Shown one piece after another: positions 1 through 12,879 of a stretch of DNA of 64,000 nt; position 1 is the stretch's first letter, and each line of letters opens with the position of its first letter. Position numbers and translations under genes: made by a program. Below the pieces are notes generated by a model. The model searched no databases. It worked only from the letters and a program-made list of their open reading frames with translations, and was not told where the DNA came from. Source of the DNA: Camelus dromedarius (lineage: Eukaryota); the NCBI RefSeq assembly GCF_036321535.1, contig NC_087437.1:30630001-30694000 (forward strand), read 5' to 3'.

Positions 1-345
1 AAATGATAGCTGGGATACCCTCTAGACCAGACATAGTCAAGGAGATAATCACTGAATTAAAAAATAACACTGTGAAAAGTACCCAGAATCAGCACAGACA
101 TAAAGAAAATAAAGGAGAACTAAGAAGTATAGAGAATAGACTAAGAGATTCCAACTTCAATCTAACAGTGCTTCTAGGAAAACAAAGACTGATGAAACGG
201 CACAAAAACAATATCCAAAGAAAAAAGTGGCTGAGAATTTTCCAGAATGAAAGAAAACATGAGCTCTCTAGTGGGAAGTGGAGATTGAGTGCTAAGCAAA
301 ATAAACCCACTCCTTTTACTTAATAGTGAAGTTACAGAACAAATA
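1..345 (+). mobile_element. Ancient L1/HAL1 ORF1-like remnant
   Basis: A-rich; ELRSIENRLRDSN and GCTGAGAATTTTCCAGAA resemble degenerate L1 ORF1. Confidence 0.5.
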
Positions 346-1489
346 GAATAGAAAGACAGGTTCCCAACAGGCAGTAGTTGACTTCTCAGCCATAGTCATG
401 GTCAGAAGGCAGCACCTCTGAGATGTGAGGGAGATGCACACACAGAGGTAATGCGCACAGTACGTTAGACCCTGACCGTTCATTACCTCACGTCTCTGGC
501 AGGGCAGGGAGGCAGAAGCTGCATCACGTCCTAGGGAACAACTGGAACCTTCAGCTCCCCTTCCGCTCCCCACCCCTCGTCACCAGGATGCAACAGCAGC
601 TCCCCTCCCCCACCGTGGGCATTTACTGAGTGAGCGCTTTCAGCCCCAGGACCTCACAGCCTCAGGCGGCAACCATCCCTTCCTTGAGTGCTGACAGGTC
701 TTAAACCAACAAGATTCATAATCCTCCTTAAAATGGCTCAAATCGTATAACAAATACCTTAGGAAAGAAGGTCAATCTTTAGCTAAGGTAGTGGAAAGGG
801 AGGAAACTATTAAAATGTTTAATGTGAGACACACACAGCGAATAATGATCTTAGGATATTAATTTAATACAAAAGGTGGTTACATGTTACTCTACCAGGG
901 CTCATTTAAACATGTTGGAAGCCTTGGGGTTCATGGGATGAGCTTCACGTAGGGAGATAGAGAGCTTGATATTTGTGCCTAAGAAGCTGGCTGAACCCAG
1001 ACGCAGAGAGTGCAAGAAAAGAAGATATTGAGTAACCCAGAAGAGAAAAATAGTCAGTGAGGCTGAAATATGGGGGTGGAAAGTCTGCAAGGCACGCTGA
1101 CATTAGAGGACCCCATAAAGATGAATAATGGTGAGCTGGCCTCACTGAATCACATCTGTTAGATTACTGCACTGTAGTTGAAAGGAAATCGTCCCCCGAG
1201 TCTCTGAGCTGTGTGATTCTTGGGTCACTGAACACACCGGCTTTACCTATGGCTTACTGCATTATGAGCCTGATTTTCTCTATGGCTGAAGCCACAAAAC
1301 AATGAGGCAGAAGCTTAAAGGATTCAATTAATTCAACAACAGAAAGTGTTTATTAAAAGAGCAAAAGCTTTTGGTGGGGTTTGAATGCCTTAAGTAGACA
1401 GTAGACTAAGAGAAGAAAGAAGACCGGTGCGAGGATCCCGCCTCCCTTTCTGCTTCTAATGCTGGGGTGATGCCAGGCGAGCCCCAGAT

Positions 1490-1920
1490 TCTGCCTCTGA
1501 CAGTGCATTTGCTGTTCCCTCTGCCTGGAACACTCTTCCCCAGATATCAGCATGGCTAACTTCACTTCTTTCAAGTCTTTACTCACTTGTTACCTTCTTG
1601 GTGAGACCTTTCCTGGTCCTCCCACCTAAAACAGCAATAGACCCTTCAGACACACATGTGCACGTATGTAGGCAGGCACATGCCCACGTGCACGCACACT
1701 TCCTACACGTCTTCCCTCCCTTTTTCCCTTTAGCACTTATCACTGCCTAGTACACTAGACATGTTACTTATGTGTTTTATATCCTGCCTACCCTCCCTTT
1801 TCTCATCAATGTATTAAACCCCACAAAAGCAAATTTTTGTCTGTTTTGTTTATTGCTGTATGCTCCAGCACCTAAAGCACGTTGGCTGCATCTCCAGCAG
1901 GAGTTCCCCAATAAAACTTT
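1490..1920. mobile_element. L2 3' region
   Basis: CCCTCTGCCTGGAACACTCTTCCCCAGATATC and TTGTCTGTTTTGTTTATTGCTGTA are typical L2 motifs. Confidence 0.7.
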
Positions 1921-1924
1921 GTTG

Positions 1925-2054
1925 GGGGGGAGGGTATAGTTCAAGTAGAGTGCATGCTTAGCATACACAAGGTCCTGGGTTCAATCCCCAGTACCTCCTC
2001 TAAAAATAAATAAGCAAACCTAACCACCTACCCCCTACTAAAAAAAAAAAAAAA
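1925..2054 (+). mobile_element. tRNA-derived SINE (camelid Vic-1-like)
   Basis: GGGGAGGGTATAG head, B-box GGTTCAATCCC, AT-rich linker, C-rich end and poly(A). Confidence 0.85.
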
Positions 2055-4376
2055 TTTTTTTTAACTAAAAAATATTTGTTCAACATGGCCCCATGAGAGC
2101 AAGCATTCCAGTGTTCATGAGTGCTAAGCTAGAATCTTCATCTATTACAGTAATTCTGGTATAACTTATAAATCTAACCACATTCTGTTAACTTGAAAGG
2201 GAGGTTAAGAACTTTCTCTAAGGTAATTATTGGTTTCATATCAACTATGCACAGTACAGCCTCTTTTTGCAGAAATATGATCAGGCAATTTACATTCAAC
2301 ACTCAGATAAAGGCATCTGAGTCCTCGGCTGACAACAGGACCAAAATTGACTGATTACAGGATAACACTTGGCTTTCTAAATACAGCACTGCCTTTTTTC
2401 AGAAGAGCTCAAAAATAGAGATAAAAGATTTGAAAAAGATGAGTAAAAACCTTACATATTTCTGTCAGAATACTGGTTCCTTTCTGTATTTACTATCCTA
2501 ACATCTAACAAAGAGACCCCTGTAAAATGTTACAGGTCAGGCGCTCTCCACCTTCACTTAGGCCCAAGTTAAAGAATCCAAATGAAAGAGCACATCTGTC
2601 TTTATGGAATCACATTCTAAACTATCTACCTGTACGTGTTTCTAGGCAACAGTGAAGAGACTCTGAAGATGAGAGGAACCCAGTCGGTATTTTCACTCAT
2701 GACGTTACTGACTTGTTTCCATAAAACTATAGCTAATTCTCTTTTACAATTACAGATGTGTAACTTAGAAAATTAGAAGGCTGACATTAGAAGAAAACTA
2801 ATGTTACTGGGAGGATGTAGAAACTACAATAACTTGGGTTTTACTCAGAGCAATAAATGACTAGGGTGATAGTAGCTAAATTTCCACCAGTTTCACTAAA
2901 AACTGCATTCTCTAAACACACAACTTAGTCAAGACTGTTCCTTGCTGCCGAATGACAGATTACTCAGGCTGGCAACCAAGAGTTTTGCGAAACAAGAGGC
3001 AAAGACAATGAAATTCAGAGACAAAAATTTGGTTTATAAAATAAAGCTTGAAAAAAAACAAGAACTAAGTTACCTATAATCAGAAGTAATTACCAAAATA
3101 GCAAGTAGCTGGAAGAGCGAAAAAGAAACTAAGATATTAACCGTATTTCTACTTATTTAAATCTACTTACATGTTCTGTAATCACAGCCTTGTTAGTTAG
3201 TGGTGTTTAACTGAGTCAGTAAAAACTATTAAAGGTCAATAGATTAATACAGATGGCAATTTTTCCTTTGCACTTCAAGCTGAATCTTCTCCAATTCATC
3301 CCTTTTAAAATGCACTAAAGCCAAGAAAGAACTATCTACTGAGACTTCAGCTGTCATTAAGCTGTTGCCCTCTTTGAAAAGAATACCAGCTCCCTTTAAT
3401 ACCTGTAAGAAGCCACCACAGTTACTATTTTCTAGAAGAGATTTTCAATGTGTAATCATTGAATTCAGGGCAATGATATACCTTAGAAGATTTTGTACAA
3501 CATTTCTCTTTTTTTTTAGAGGGTAGAATAATAGTCCTGATGCCTAGAGGAATACTACTTTACTACAGAAATGAAACTGTAAACCCTATAACAAACTAAT
3601 GTGAGCGAGCAGGTGCTACTCTCAGATCGTCCTGTGATCCTGGCAATCACGTGAGAGGCAGAAGGTGGGGGAGGTCAAGAAGTCCAAGCCCCTCATGGTG
3701 ACAGCGGCAGGGTGTGGAGGAGGTCTTTAAACATTACATTTCTGCCAGGTTAGCACTTCCCTTGATGACCTCGCTAAATGGTGCTTTTCCACAAAGGCAG
3801 CTCCTTCAACTAGGACAGGGGTCTGAAGCACCATGCAGGTTACAAACTATTCTGTGCCATTTTATCTAAGATGTAGCAGATTAAAGTTTTAGCTAAGAGA
3901 CTCATTTCTGAAAGAACTTGGAAATCCTCTGGTCCCAGGTGCATTCTCTCAGGGAGGGGATGAACATTCTAGAAGAGCAGACCCACATGCAGTGGGTTCT
4001 GTGAGCCAAACCTGGCAGGCAGCAAGCTGGGGCTGCCAGCAGGAGGCAGGGAGACAATGCTAAAGCCAGTTTATTTCATCAGACAGTGACATTTCCAACT
4101 GCAATTTGAGTTTTTACCCAAGTTGTAGGAGGGAATTTATCCCTGGAAAGAGGGTCAGATGGGTTAATCACTAACATTTCTTCCAACCCTGAGACACAAG
4201 AATCCTTGACTCATTCACTCAATAAACATTTGTGAGCCTGTGTAACAGCACACAAAGTAACTCTCAATAAATACCCTTTTTTACACTATAGCCACTGTTT
4301 TTGTGAAGATTACAATAGAGCAGCAATTTTTGCTGTAGCGCAGAGGGCAAAAAGTACAGCCAAGCCTGTAACTTAC

Positions 4377-4484
4377 ATAATGGAGCTTGAACTTGCACTC
4401 ATCTTCAATTTCATCTGCGCTGTCTTCATCGGAAACCTCCCCTTCCTCTGCATCATCTCCAAGGTGATAAGGCAGCTTCTTGCC
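4377..4484 (-). CDS. PLCH1: PLCH1 exon I: acidic X-Y linker start, GKKLPYHLGDDAEEGEVSDEDSADEIEDECKFKLHY
   Basis: Continues exon H in frame (ILVK-GKKLP). Acceptor TTTGAG|GGC, donor TAT|GTAAGT. 108 nt, phase 0 to 0. Confidence 0.94.
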
Positions 4485-4529
4485 CTCAAATGACACAAAA
4501 TGTTCCATTTAAAAGTGAAAGTTCAGCAA

Positions 4530-5335
4530 GAGAGGTAGGGGATTAAGAGGTACAAACTACCATGTATAAAATAAATAAGTTACAAGAATATATTGCATAA
4601 CACATGGAAATATAGCCATTATTTTATAATAACTTTAAATAGAGTATAATCCATAAAAATATTGAATTATTATGTACTTGAAACTAATATAATATTGTAA
4701 ATCAACCATACTTCAGTTAAAAAAAAGAAAAAATTAAAATTAAAATTCACAACAGCCAAAAGGTAGAAATATCCCAGTGTCTACCAACAGATGAATGGAT
4801 AAGCAAAATGTGGCATATGCATACAATGAAATATTATTTAGCTTTGAAAAGTAAGGAATTTATGACGTGCCACAAAAGGGATGAACCTTGAGGACACCAG
4901 GCTAAATGAAATAAGACAGTCACAAAAGGACAAGTGCTGTATGATTCCACTTATATAAGGTACCCAGAGTAGCTAAATTGATAGAGACAAGAAGTAAAAC
5001 AGTGGTTTCCAGGAGCTGGGGGAGGGGATTGGCAGCAAAGATGGGGGGAATTGTTTAATGAGTATGGAATTTAATGAGTATGGGGTTGTGCAAGATGAAA
5101 AGAGTTCTGTACACAGCAACGTGAATGTACTTATTACTGAACTGTACACTTAAAAATGGTTAAAACAGTAAGTTTTACGTTGTGTATATTTTACCATAAT
5201 TAAAAATAATGTTTAAGAACATAGATATGTGTAACTGAATCACTATGCTGTACACCAGAAACAAACACATTGTAAATCAATTCTCCTTCAATTAAAAATA
5301 ATTTTTAAAACTTGAAAAATGAAAATAAAATGTAT
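4530..5335 (+). mobile_element. Cluster of L1 3'-end fragments of different ages
   Basis: TTGTAAATCAACCATACTTCAGTT(A)n end at ~4720; CAACAGATGAATGGATAAGCAAAATGTGG to ACTGTACACTTAAAAATGGTTAA block; third end at ~5295. Confidence 0.8.
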
Positions 5336-5458
5336 TATCCCTTTGCCAGTCATTACTTCAGACTGACTATAAGGCAGATAGTTTGAATTAGAGGCAAAAC
5401 AAGGGGAGAAGAGTCTTTCAAGAGAAGTCAGTTTTATTACTTCCAATTACATACAATT

Positions 5459-5534
5459 AATTTTTACTGTAGCACATGGTGGGTAAAAAACTATGGCCAA
5501 GCCTGTAACTTACATAATGGAGCTTGAACCTGCA
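5459..5534 (-). repeat. Intronic duplicate of the exon I 3' end plus donor site (copy of ~4325-4397)
   Basis: 5496-5529 is identical to 4359-4392 (34 bp), followed by one mismatch and TGCA. Weaker similarity extends about 35 bp further into the downstream intron sequence. Confidence 0.9.
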
Positions 5535-5889
5535 TCTTGTTTATAAATAAAAATCAGACCAGTCTTCTGTTCGAGCATCTATGACTCATCTTAATAGGCA
5601 TAGCCCCACCCCATGTCCTTAGAGCAGCTTATCCTCCCAAGCAGGTTGAATGTGTCCTTCCCCGGTGCTGGCTGTGCCCTCTGCACTGCCCAGGCCCGTC
5701 TTCAGGGACGATGCAATGAGACCACTGCCTGGCTGGAGCAGGGCCCTTGTAACCACTCACCAGCATCCACTAGCAATCAGAGGCTTTTAGACAACACGGG
5801 GGAATTCTTACAACAAAATGGTAGAAAATCCAACATACATATATACACATATTAAAGCATGATCTCAATAATGCATAAAAACTCAGGGA

Positions 5890-6530
5890 TCCTGAGGGAA
5901 CGCTAATGTGAAAAGATGCATGCACCCCAACGTTCACAGCAGCACTATATACAATAGCCAAGACATGGAAGCAACCTAAATGTCCATTGACAGATGACTG
6001 GATAAAGAAGATGTGGTAAATATAAATACAAGGGACTACTACTCAGCCATAGAAAGAATAAAATAATGCCATTTGCAGCAACATGGATGGACCTGAAGAC
6101 TGTCATTCTAAGTGAAGTAAGCCAGAAAGAGAAAGGAAAATACCATATTATATTACACATATGTGGAATCTAAAACAAACAAACAAACACTATGAACTCA
6201 TCTACAAAACAGAAACAGATTCATAGACTTAGTAAACAATCTTATGGTTACCAGGGAAAGAAGGGTGAGAAGAGATAAATGTGGGAGTTTGAGATTTACA
6301 AATGTTAGCCACTATATATAAAAATAGATTTTAAAAACAGTTTCTTTTGTATAGCACAGGGTATTGTGTTCAATATCTTGTAATAATCTTTAATGGAAAA
6401 AATATGAAAACAAATATTTGTATGTATATGCATGACTGGAACACTGTGCTGTATACCAGAAATTGACACATTGTAATTGACTGTACTTCAATTAAAAAAA
6501 AAAGTTACAGAGAACAACAACAACGAAAAA
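5890..6530 (+). mobile_element. Young 5'-truncated L1 (ORF2 C-terminus plus 3'UTR)
   Basis: ACAATAGCCAAGACATGGAAGCAACCTAAATGTCCATTGACAGATGA through ACTTCAATT(A)n. Imperfect TSD AAAAACTCA(G/T)GGA. Confidence 0.9.
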
Positions 6531-7384
6531 AAACTCATGGAAAAACTCCATCAAGAGAAATGATCCATTATTAAGAGTAAGAACATTTGGGTAGCAGTAT
6601 TACAGGTAATGGTTATTTTCTCCTTTCTACATTTCCCAATCTATATTCAGAAAAAGTACAAGTAAATAAAAAGCAGAAGCGGAAGGGATGGCCCAAGGGC
6701 CTGATAAGGGCTTCTAGGGCAGCTAACCATCTATATCAGTAGAGCATCTTACCGGCAAGCAGAAATTGAATTGCTCCCAGAATCTTTAGTGGGCGGGAGC
6801 TGGGGTGCAGAATCCAGCTCTGAGGCTAATGGCCAAGGTCACTGTGGTAGGCAGCCTTTAGGAACCCCAATGGTTCCTACCTCTTGGTATTCAGGCCCTT
6901 CTATAACTTCATCCCCCTGAGTGTGGACTGGACCTCGTGACCCCCTTCCAGTGAGAGGAATACAGCAAAACAAAATGTCTAGCATTTTTAGCTTCTCAAA
7001 ACATAAAGATGGGGGAAATTCCTTAAACATGGAAGGATGGTCACATGCTTGTAAGTCTAAAATAATGACAAATTTCTAACCATCACCTCTGACTACTTCC
7101 CAGGCTGACCCTCTCTCAGCTCCAGCTCCAGTGACTTCCAGTCCTCCTGCTCTCCACTCCACAAGTGGCCCCCCTTTCACACTCTAAATCTGTCCCCCAC
7201 CTGCTTCTCTCCCTCCACAAGACCACCAGCACAGTCGGGCTGTCAGAGAAATCTCCCTCCTAGTTTTCCTGCACCTTGTGTAATACCCAAAGCTCTTGAC
7301 CCTGGATGCTTGGCTTAGTGATAGTTTCAAAGCTGACTGAATCACTTATGTAATGGGGGAAAAAAAAACCAAAACTTGATTAAG

Positions 7385-7880
7385 GATACTCACTACTATA
7401 CATAAAATAAACAACAAAGTCTTACTTTATAGCACAGGGAACTATACTCAATGCCTCGTAATGGTCTATAATGAAACAGAATATGAAAAGGAATACATGT
7501 ATATGTATACATGAATCACTATGCTGTACACCAGTAATTAACACAACATTGTAAATCAGCTATACTGCAATTAAAAAAAAAAAGGAATCCAAACTCTTGA
7601 TTTTAAACCTCTTGGGAGTTTGGATACTTAAACATTTTCTTCAACCTAAAAAAGGGGGGATGGACAAATTGGGAGTTCAGGATTTGCAGATACTATTATA
7701 CATAAAACAGATAAACAACAAGGTCCTACTGTACAGCACAGGGAACTATAGTCAATATCTTGTAATAACCTATAATGAAAACTAATATGAAAAAGAATAT
7801 ATATATAACTGAATCACTGAGCTGTACACCAGAAACTAACAAACACTGTAAACCAACTATACTTCAATTTTTAAAAACTA
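7385..7880 (+). mobile_element. Two tandem L1 3'UTR ends
   Basis: Each has (T/C)AGCACAGGGAACTATA and CTGTACACCAG motifs and an A-tail. Confidence 0.85.
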
Positions 7881-8252
7881 ACATTACCAAATAAGGAATA
7901 GCAACCCTTGAGTGATGCACTTGGTTCTGACACCACAGGAAGGAAAGGAAAGTTTAACCATCATCAGCATTTAGTGACGGGCCGGCCTGGCAGCGGCACT
8001 GAGCTCCAATCCCCTTCACTGAAGTGTGGCAGCAGGTGAGGGAATAAAGAGAAAGCTGCCATCCCAGAGTATTCACAAGGTGCCCTCATTTTCAGTCTTT
8101 TCAAAATCTAATTAAAAGACATTAGGGCCATATTTTCTGCCAAATTTTTCCATATTGCTTGTCCCTTTTTTTTTCTTTTCCCCTTAATCAGGAGGAATTG
8201 ACCCTGGTGTGTTTTGGCAAGTAATGGTAGCTTTGGTCTCTGCCCAAACATG

Positions 8253-8410
8253 CTTTTTTTAAAAAATTTTATTTATATTTCATTTTAAAAATTTTGTTGG
8301 GGGAGTAATTGGGTTTATTTATTTGTTTCTTAATGGAGATACTGGGGATTGACTCCAGGACCTCATGCATGCTAGGCATGTACTCTACCACTGAGCTGTA
8401 CCCTCCCCTC
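8253..8410 (-). mobile_element. tRNA-derived SINE (same family)
   Basis: Reverse complement reads GGGGAGGGTACAGCTCAGTGGTAGAG...GTCAATCCCCAGT with an A-rich tail. Confidence 0.85.
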
Positions 8411-8876
8411 TGCTGGTCCTTGAAAGACACTGTATCCAGGCAGATAGGAAAAGAAAGCAACACTGTTTTTTAATGCCTGTTGTTAATAGTGTTACTCCTA
8501 AATTATAAACTTAGGTAGAATTTTATGAACTTAACAGTGGTTTAGTATAAATAAAGAATGACCTAGTTGTCCCCTTCTGATCTACATACTATTATATGCA
8601 GGAGTTACGCTCAAGAATGAGATTAAGTCCTCCATGGTGTATGGAAATATAGCAAGAGACAGGAACCATAGCTACCCCTTAGCTGCTAGTTGCCTAAGCC
8701 CAGGAGAGTGGTAACAACTCTGTTGACACTTCTGGCACATCTGTAAAAGTAAAAGCCTTGGACCAGTTAAGGTTTCTTTCAGCAACAAGTCAACGGAAAA
8801 TTGCTGTTTGTTATCATTTTTGTTCAAAAGCAAATTTTTGTTTACTTTTCAGGATACACAAACACACACACACACA

Positions 8877-9010
8877 GAGTCAGCCCTCCGTATCCAAGGG
8901 TTACTTGAATCCTCGGATGTGAAGGGCTTACTGTACTAGGCCATTTCATACGAGGGACTTCAGCATCGCAGATTTGGAACAAATCCCCTGAGGATACCAA
9001 GGAACTACTG
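8877..9010. mobile_element. MER2-like TcMar-Tigger MITE flanked by CA/TG microsatellites
   Basis: Terminal inverted repeats GTCAGCCCTCCGTATCC and GGATACCAAGGAACTACTG-TA. Confidence 0.65.
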
Positions 9011-10693
9011 TATATATTTGTGTGTGTGTGTGTACATGTGTGTACACACACACAGTTGGAAAGTACATGTGTTACAATAACTAACTTGCCAGTCTCCAAA
9101 GTAGTAAGTAGTCATTCAAATGTTGCCTTTTGGACCAGAGATCGCGCTGATACTAAAGAAACTAAGAAAATCAGTTCCTTTGTTGTTGCTTCCAATGGGA
9201 ATGTGCTGGTCCACAAATCTAGGAAATTTCCTTTAAAGGAAAATTCAAGGATTTAAAGAAAAAATAGCCTTTCCAAAGGTTACTACTAGCAAGTAGACCT
9301 CATCTTCTTTGAAATACCTGCAGCCCGCACCACTGCCTCTCCTTACAAGCGCCTCAGATCTCCCAGCTCAAGTTCAGCCTGGAGCCCAGTAGCCCTGGGA
9401 CATTCTGTGTCAAAGTGACTCAAAGTTCAGTTATGCACAAGAGATTTAATGAGTTCATATCAAATATTCCTTAAGTCCCACTGTCCAAAGGGAAAGGATT
9501 TCAATCAAATGGACTCATTCAGAGTTTAAACTTCTGACTGCTTGGCACATGACCATTTAGGGAACATGGAAAGATTTACAAGGCCATAACCCAGAAGTCA
9601 GTTTTTACCACTACATGACTTTGCTTTAGCAAGACTTCAGGAAAATTCACCTTGAATGTTATCTCTTACATTATATAATTGAAACCTTTATTCAAAATGC
9701 TTTTGCACATACAAATGCCCAGTGTCACTTTGATGGATTTAACCTATAATTCTCATTTAATCGATAGAAAAACAGGTTTTGACCAATTCCAAAGATGATT
9801 ATCTCTTTCCCATTTGCTGTCCTCAAAGCCCCAGTTAAAGTCTTGCTATGAAATTACACTTCATAGTGTAATTTCCTATGCCTCCCCTGTGATATCTGGT
9901 TTCTGTGCACACCCATTTTAAGTAAAATATAACCCCACTTGAATATTAATCCTCTATTCCTCTTTCTTAGGTTTTTAGTCTCAAAGCAATACAAGTATCC
10001 AAGATGGTTTTAGTCCAAACACACAAAAGTAACTGGAATTAAGTAAAATCACGTCAGCAATCTGAAAACTCAAGGAGCTGTCTTTCTAGCTCTTCCTTGT
10101 ATTACCAATATTCATTTCAGGTAGTAAGTTTTCTCCCTCTTAAGATCTGTTTATAAAATGTCATTCTATTCACTTACTGCTCCCCCACATGCAGACAAAT
10201 CCTATGGGGCACTATGTCTGAGCCTGGGCTCCTCTTTGAAGTGAGTTATTCTCACTTACATAACCAAGGCTGATCAACCATGAAGCCTTTTTTTTGACAG
10301 ACAGTTATTGGAGCTTGAAATGGGAGAGAAGAATCTGAAAGAAACGCTTTCGGATATGGACACAAGGAGCCTCTCTTCCCATGTGGCCCTTGCCTCCCGT
10401 ACACATGCTTCTCTCCAGCGTGAACGGCTGCAGACAGAAATATTCAACACCTGGCTTATAGTATTGATGTTCTCGCTTCATAAAAATAATCCCAGAATAC
10501 AAGGTCAGTCTGTAAGAAGCCTGTTCTGGAGGGATGACTGTAACTAAATTGGAACCAGGTACACACACCCATGTAGACAACCCTTCACCTAGTGACTCTC
10601 ATTCTCTTAATAAACCAGTTTTTAGTCCTTAAGGGAGGGGGGGCTTAGCTGGCCATCAATGCCTTTTATTACATTCCTAAGGTAATTAATTAC

Positions 10694-10865
10694 CTTCACT
10701 AGGATTTTGCCTTTCAGACTTTGAGGGCTCGGAAGCAGCTTGGTCTCTCCGGTGTCCACAGAGGACAAGTCGAGTTTGTCCCGGAATATTCCTTTCAGGT
10801 ACTGAGCAATCTTTCTTTGCTGCTGGATGCTGCAGTGATTCTCAATAGACAGAATGACCGGGAAC
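10694..10865 (-). CDS. PLCH1: PLCH1 exon H: end of the X-box, (E)FPVILSIENHCSIQQQ...LPSPQSLKGKILVK
   Basis: PVILSIENHCS and LPSPxxLKGKILVK motifs. Acceptor CTCTCAG|GTTC, donor AAG|GTAATT. 172 nt, phase 2 to 0. Confidence 0.97.
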
Positions 10866-12164
10866 CTGAGAGAACAGCAACACATGATGAAGGCATCGAG
10901 GACAGGCAACTCACGGGGCTTTTGAAAGTCATTCTGTGTTCATTATGTTCTTACAGTCCTAGTGGCAGTAGTTGTGAGGCGGGTGGGAATTAAAATTATT
11001 CTTTTTTTTTTTTTTAAGATTCTGACTATTTATTGGCTGAATGAATAAATACATGAAACATTTTACCATTTGATCAGTATGCAGCCATTAAAAATGCTTC
11101 TTAAATGACAAAGATAAGAGATGCATTAAAAAAAAAACTCCACTGACCAAATATATTTTATCAGGCAAAATGGCTGAACAAAATACCAATCCATGTGGGA
11201 TGACTTAGTCTAATTTCTGCATCTATCTCTCATACACATATCCCCCACATTATATATATTATGCCTCTTTTACAAGAAAAAAATAGGAAAGTTTAAGAGG
11301 TAAGAATCGAAGAAAACTTGTGATTTTGTCTTATTTATTCAAAAGTCTAGAAACATCAAAGAGACTACTAACTATTATTAAATGCAGATATTTACTCTAA
11401 AAATATGTAACCAGCTTCTAAAATTACTATCGAGGATAAAATAACATCATGGAATTTTGTGTTTCATAGTGTCCTATGTCAGCCACTTCAAAACCATTTG
11501 GATAGAATTATGTAATAGTCTTTATTTTCAGAAAGGACAAGTCAAGCATTCACTCTCCGCCAGCACTCAGGCTTCTGTGCAGAGAATGCGAGACCCCAGC
11601 GCGGTGAGTACCACACACAGCCTGAGGGACCAGGAGTGCTTACATGACCTTACTTACTCCTCCTCTGATTTTGTTTTTTCCTCAGAATAAGAAATTATTC
11701 CAAATTCAGGCTTATTTCCTTTTTTTCTGGCTTTCTATCACAAATCTTCCAAAGTCATAGGAAATATATTTTTTCCAGAATACGCAAACCAGTATTTAAA
11801 TTGCCGAATACAGCCTGTAGAGAAAAACCTTTGTTTCTGGGCTTGTATGACAGGCACGAGCTCCACAGTACGGGCTGTGACCTCTTGAAATTACATTCTA
11901 TCCTCATTAGTAAACCTGACGCCGGGGGTAACGTAAGAGATAAACCGTTGTGATTGAGGTTGGTCTGGTTACCGGACTCTAATCTGTTTGCTGTTCTGTC
12001 CTCACATGGGTTTTACCCCAGAGCATTGGGAAGAGAAAAACAACAACAAACTAGCAACCCTGAGTTGTCTATGCAATCACATCAGGGAGTTGTAGCAATG
12101 AATTTTAAAATTATCAATGTGTTTATAAAAAGCCTATTAGCATCTAATGGTGCTTAGTGTAAAG

Positions 12165-12406
12165 CCGTGCCTCTCAACAGGGGAGGGGTGTGGCTGCAGC
12201 ACCTCTCCCACAGGGACATGTGTCAGTGTCTGAAGACATTTTTGGTGGTCACACCAGGGCAGGTGGGGAGGCGGGGGTTGCTCCTGGTATTTAGTGAGTA
12301 GAAGCCAAGAACATGGCCCACCATCCTGCAATGCACAAGACAGTTCCCCACAACAAAGAATTATCTGGCCCCAAAAGTCAGTGGTTCCAACGCTGAGAAA
12401 ATTTAG
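12165..12406. mobile_element. MER20 (hAT-Charlie) DNA transposon relic
   Basis: TGTCTGAAGACATTTTTGGTGGTCAC and CCCCACAACAAAGAATTATCTGGCCCCAAA motifs. 8-bp TSD (G/T)TGTAAAG at 12157-12164 and 12407-12414. Confidence 0.85.
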
Positions 12407-12879
12407 TTGTAAAGATGCAACTAAAATTTAAGAAAAACACTGAACTTTTAAAATTTGCTAAACAAGCTTTTTAACTGCTTTAATTTGAAGTGCCTTTCTC
12501 CTAGGGATTCCCAGATTTGAAGTTAGCACTGTCAAGTCCCCAGAGGATCCTCCAAGGTATACAGATAGCAGGTCTTCTCAACGCTTTACTTCACATATTG
12601 GAAAATAAAGGCAAATCACTTTATCAACTTGGCTGATTAGTAGCCATCAAGGTAGGAAAGAGCCATCAGAATTCAGTACTCAAGATTCTTCCATGTAGAA
12701 AATGCCAGAAACCAAACCTGCTATGCAGCAAGTCTCTCTTATCGGAACAGCTCATATTTTAAGCACATATTTAATTAATGAGAAGACCAAATTATTTAAA
12801 ATTTTAAAGGCTATTAATGTTTATAATTAATTAAAATTAATTTTATGCAATTGTGGTTTTAATTTGCCTCTTTTAATTT

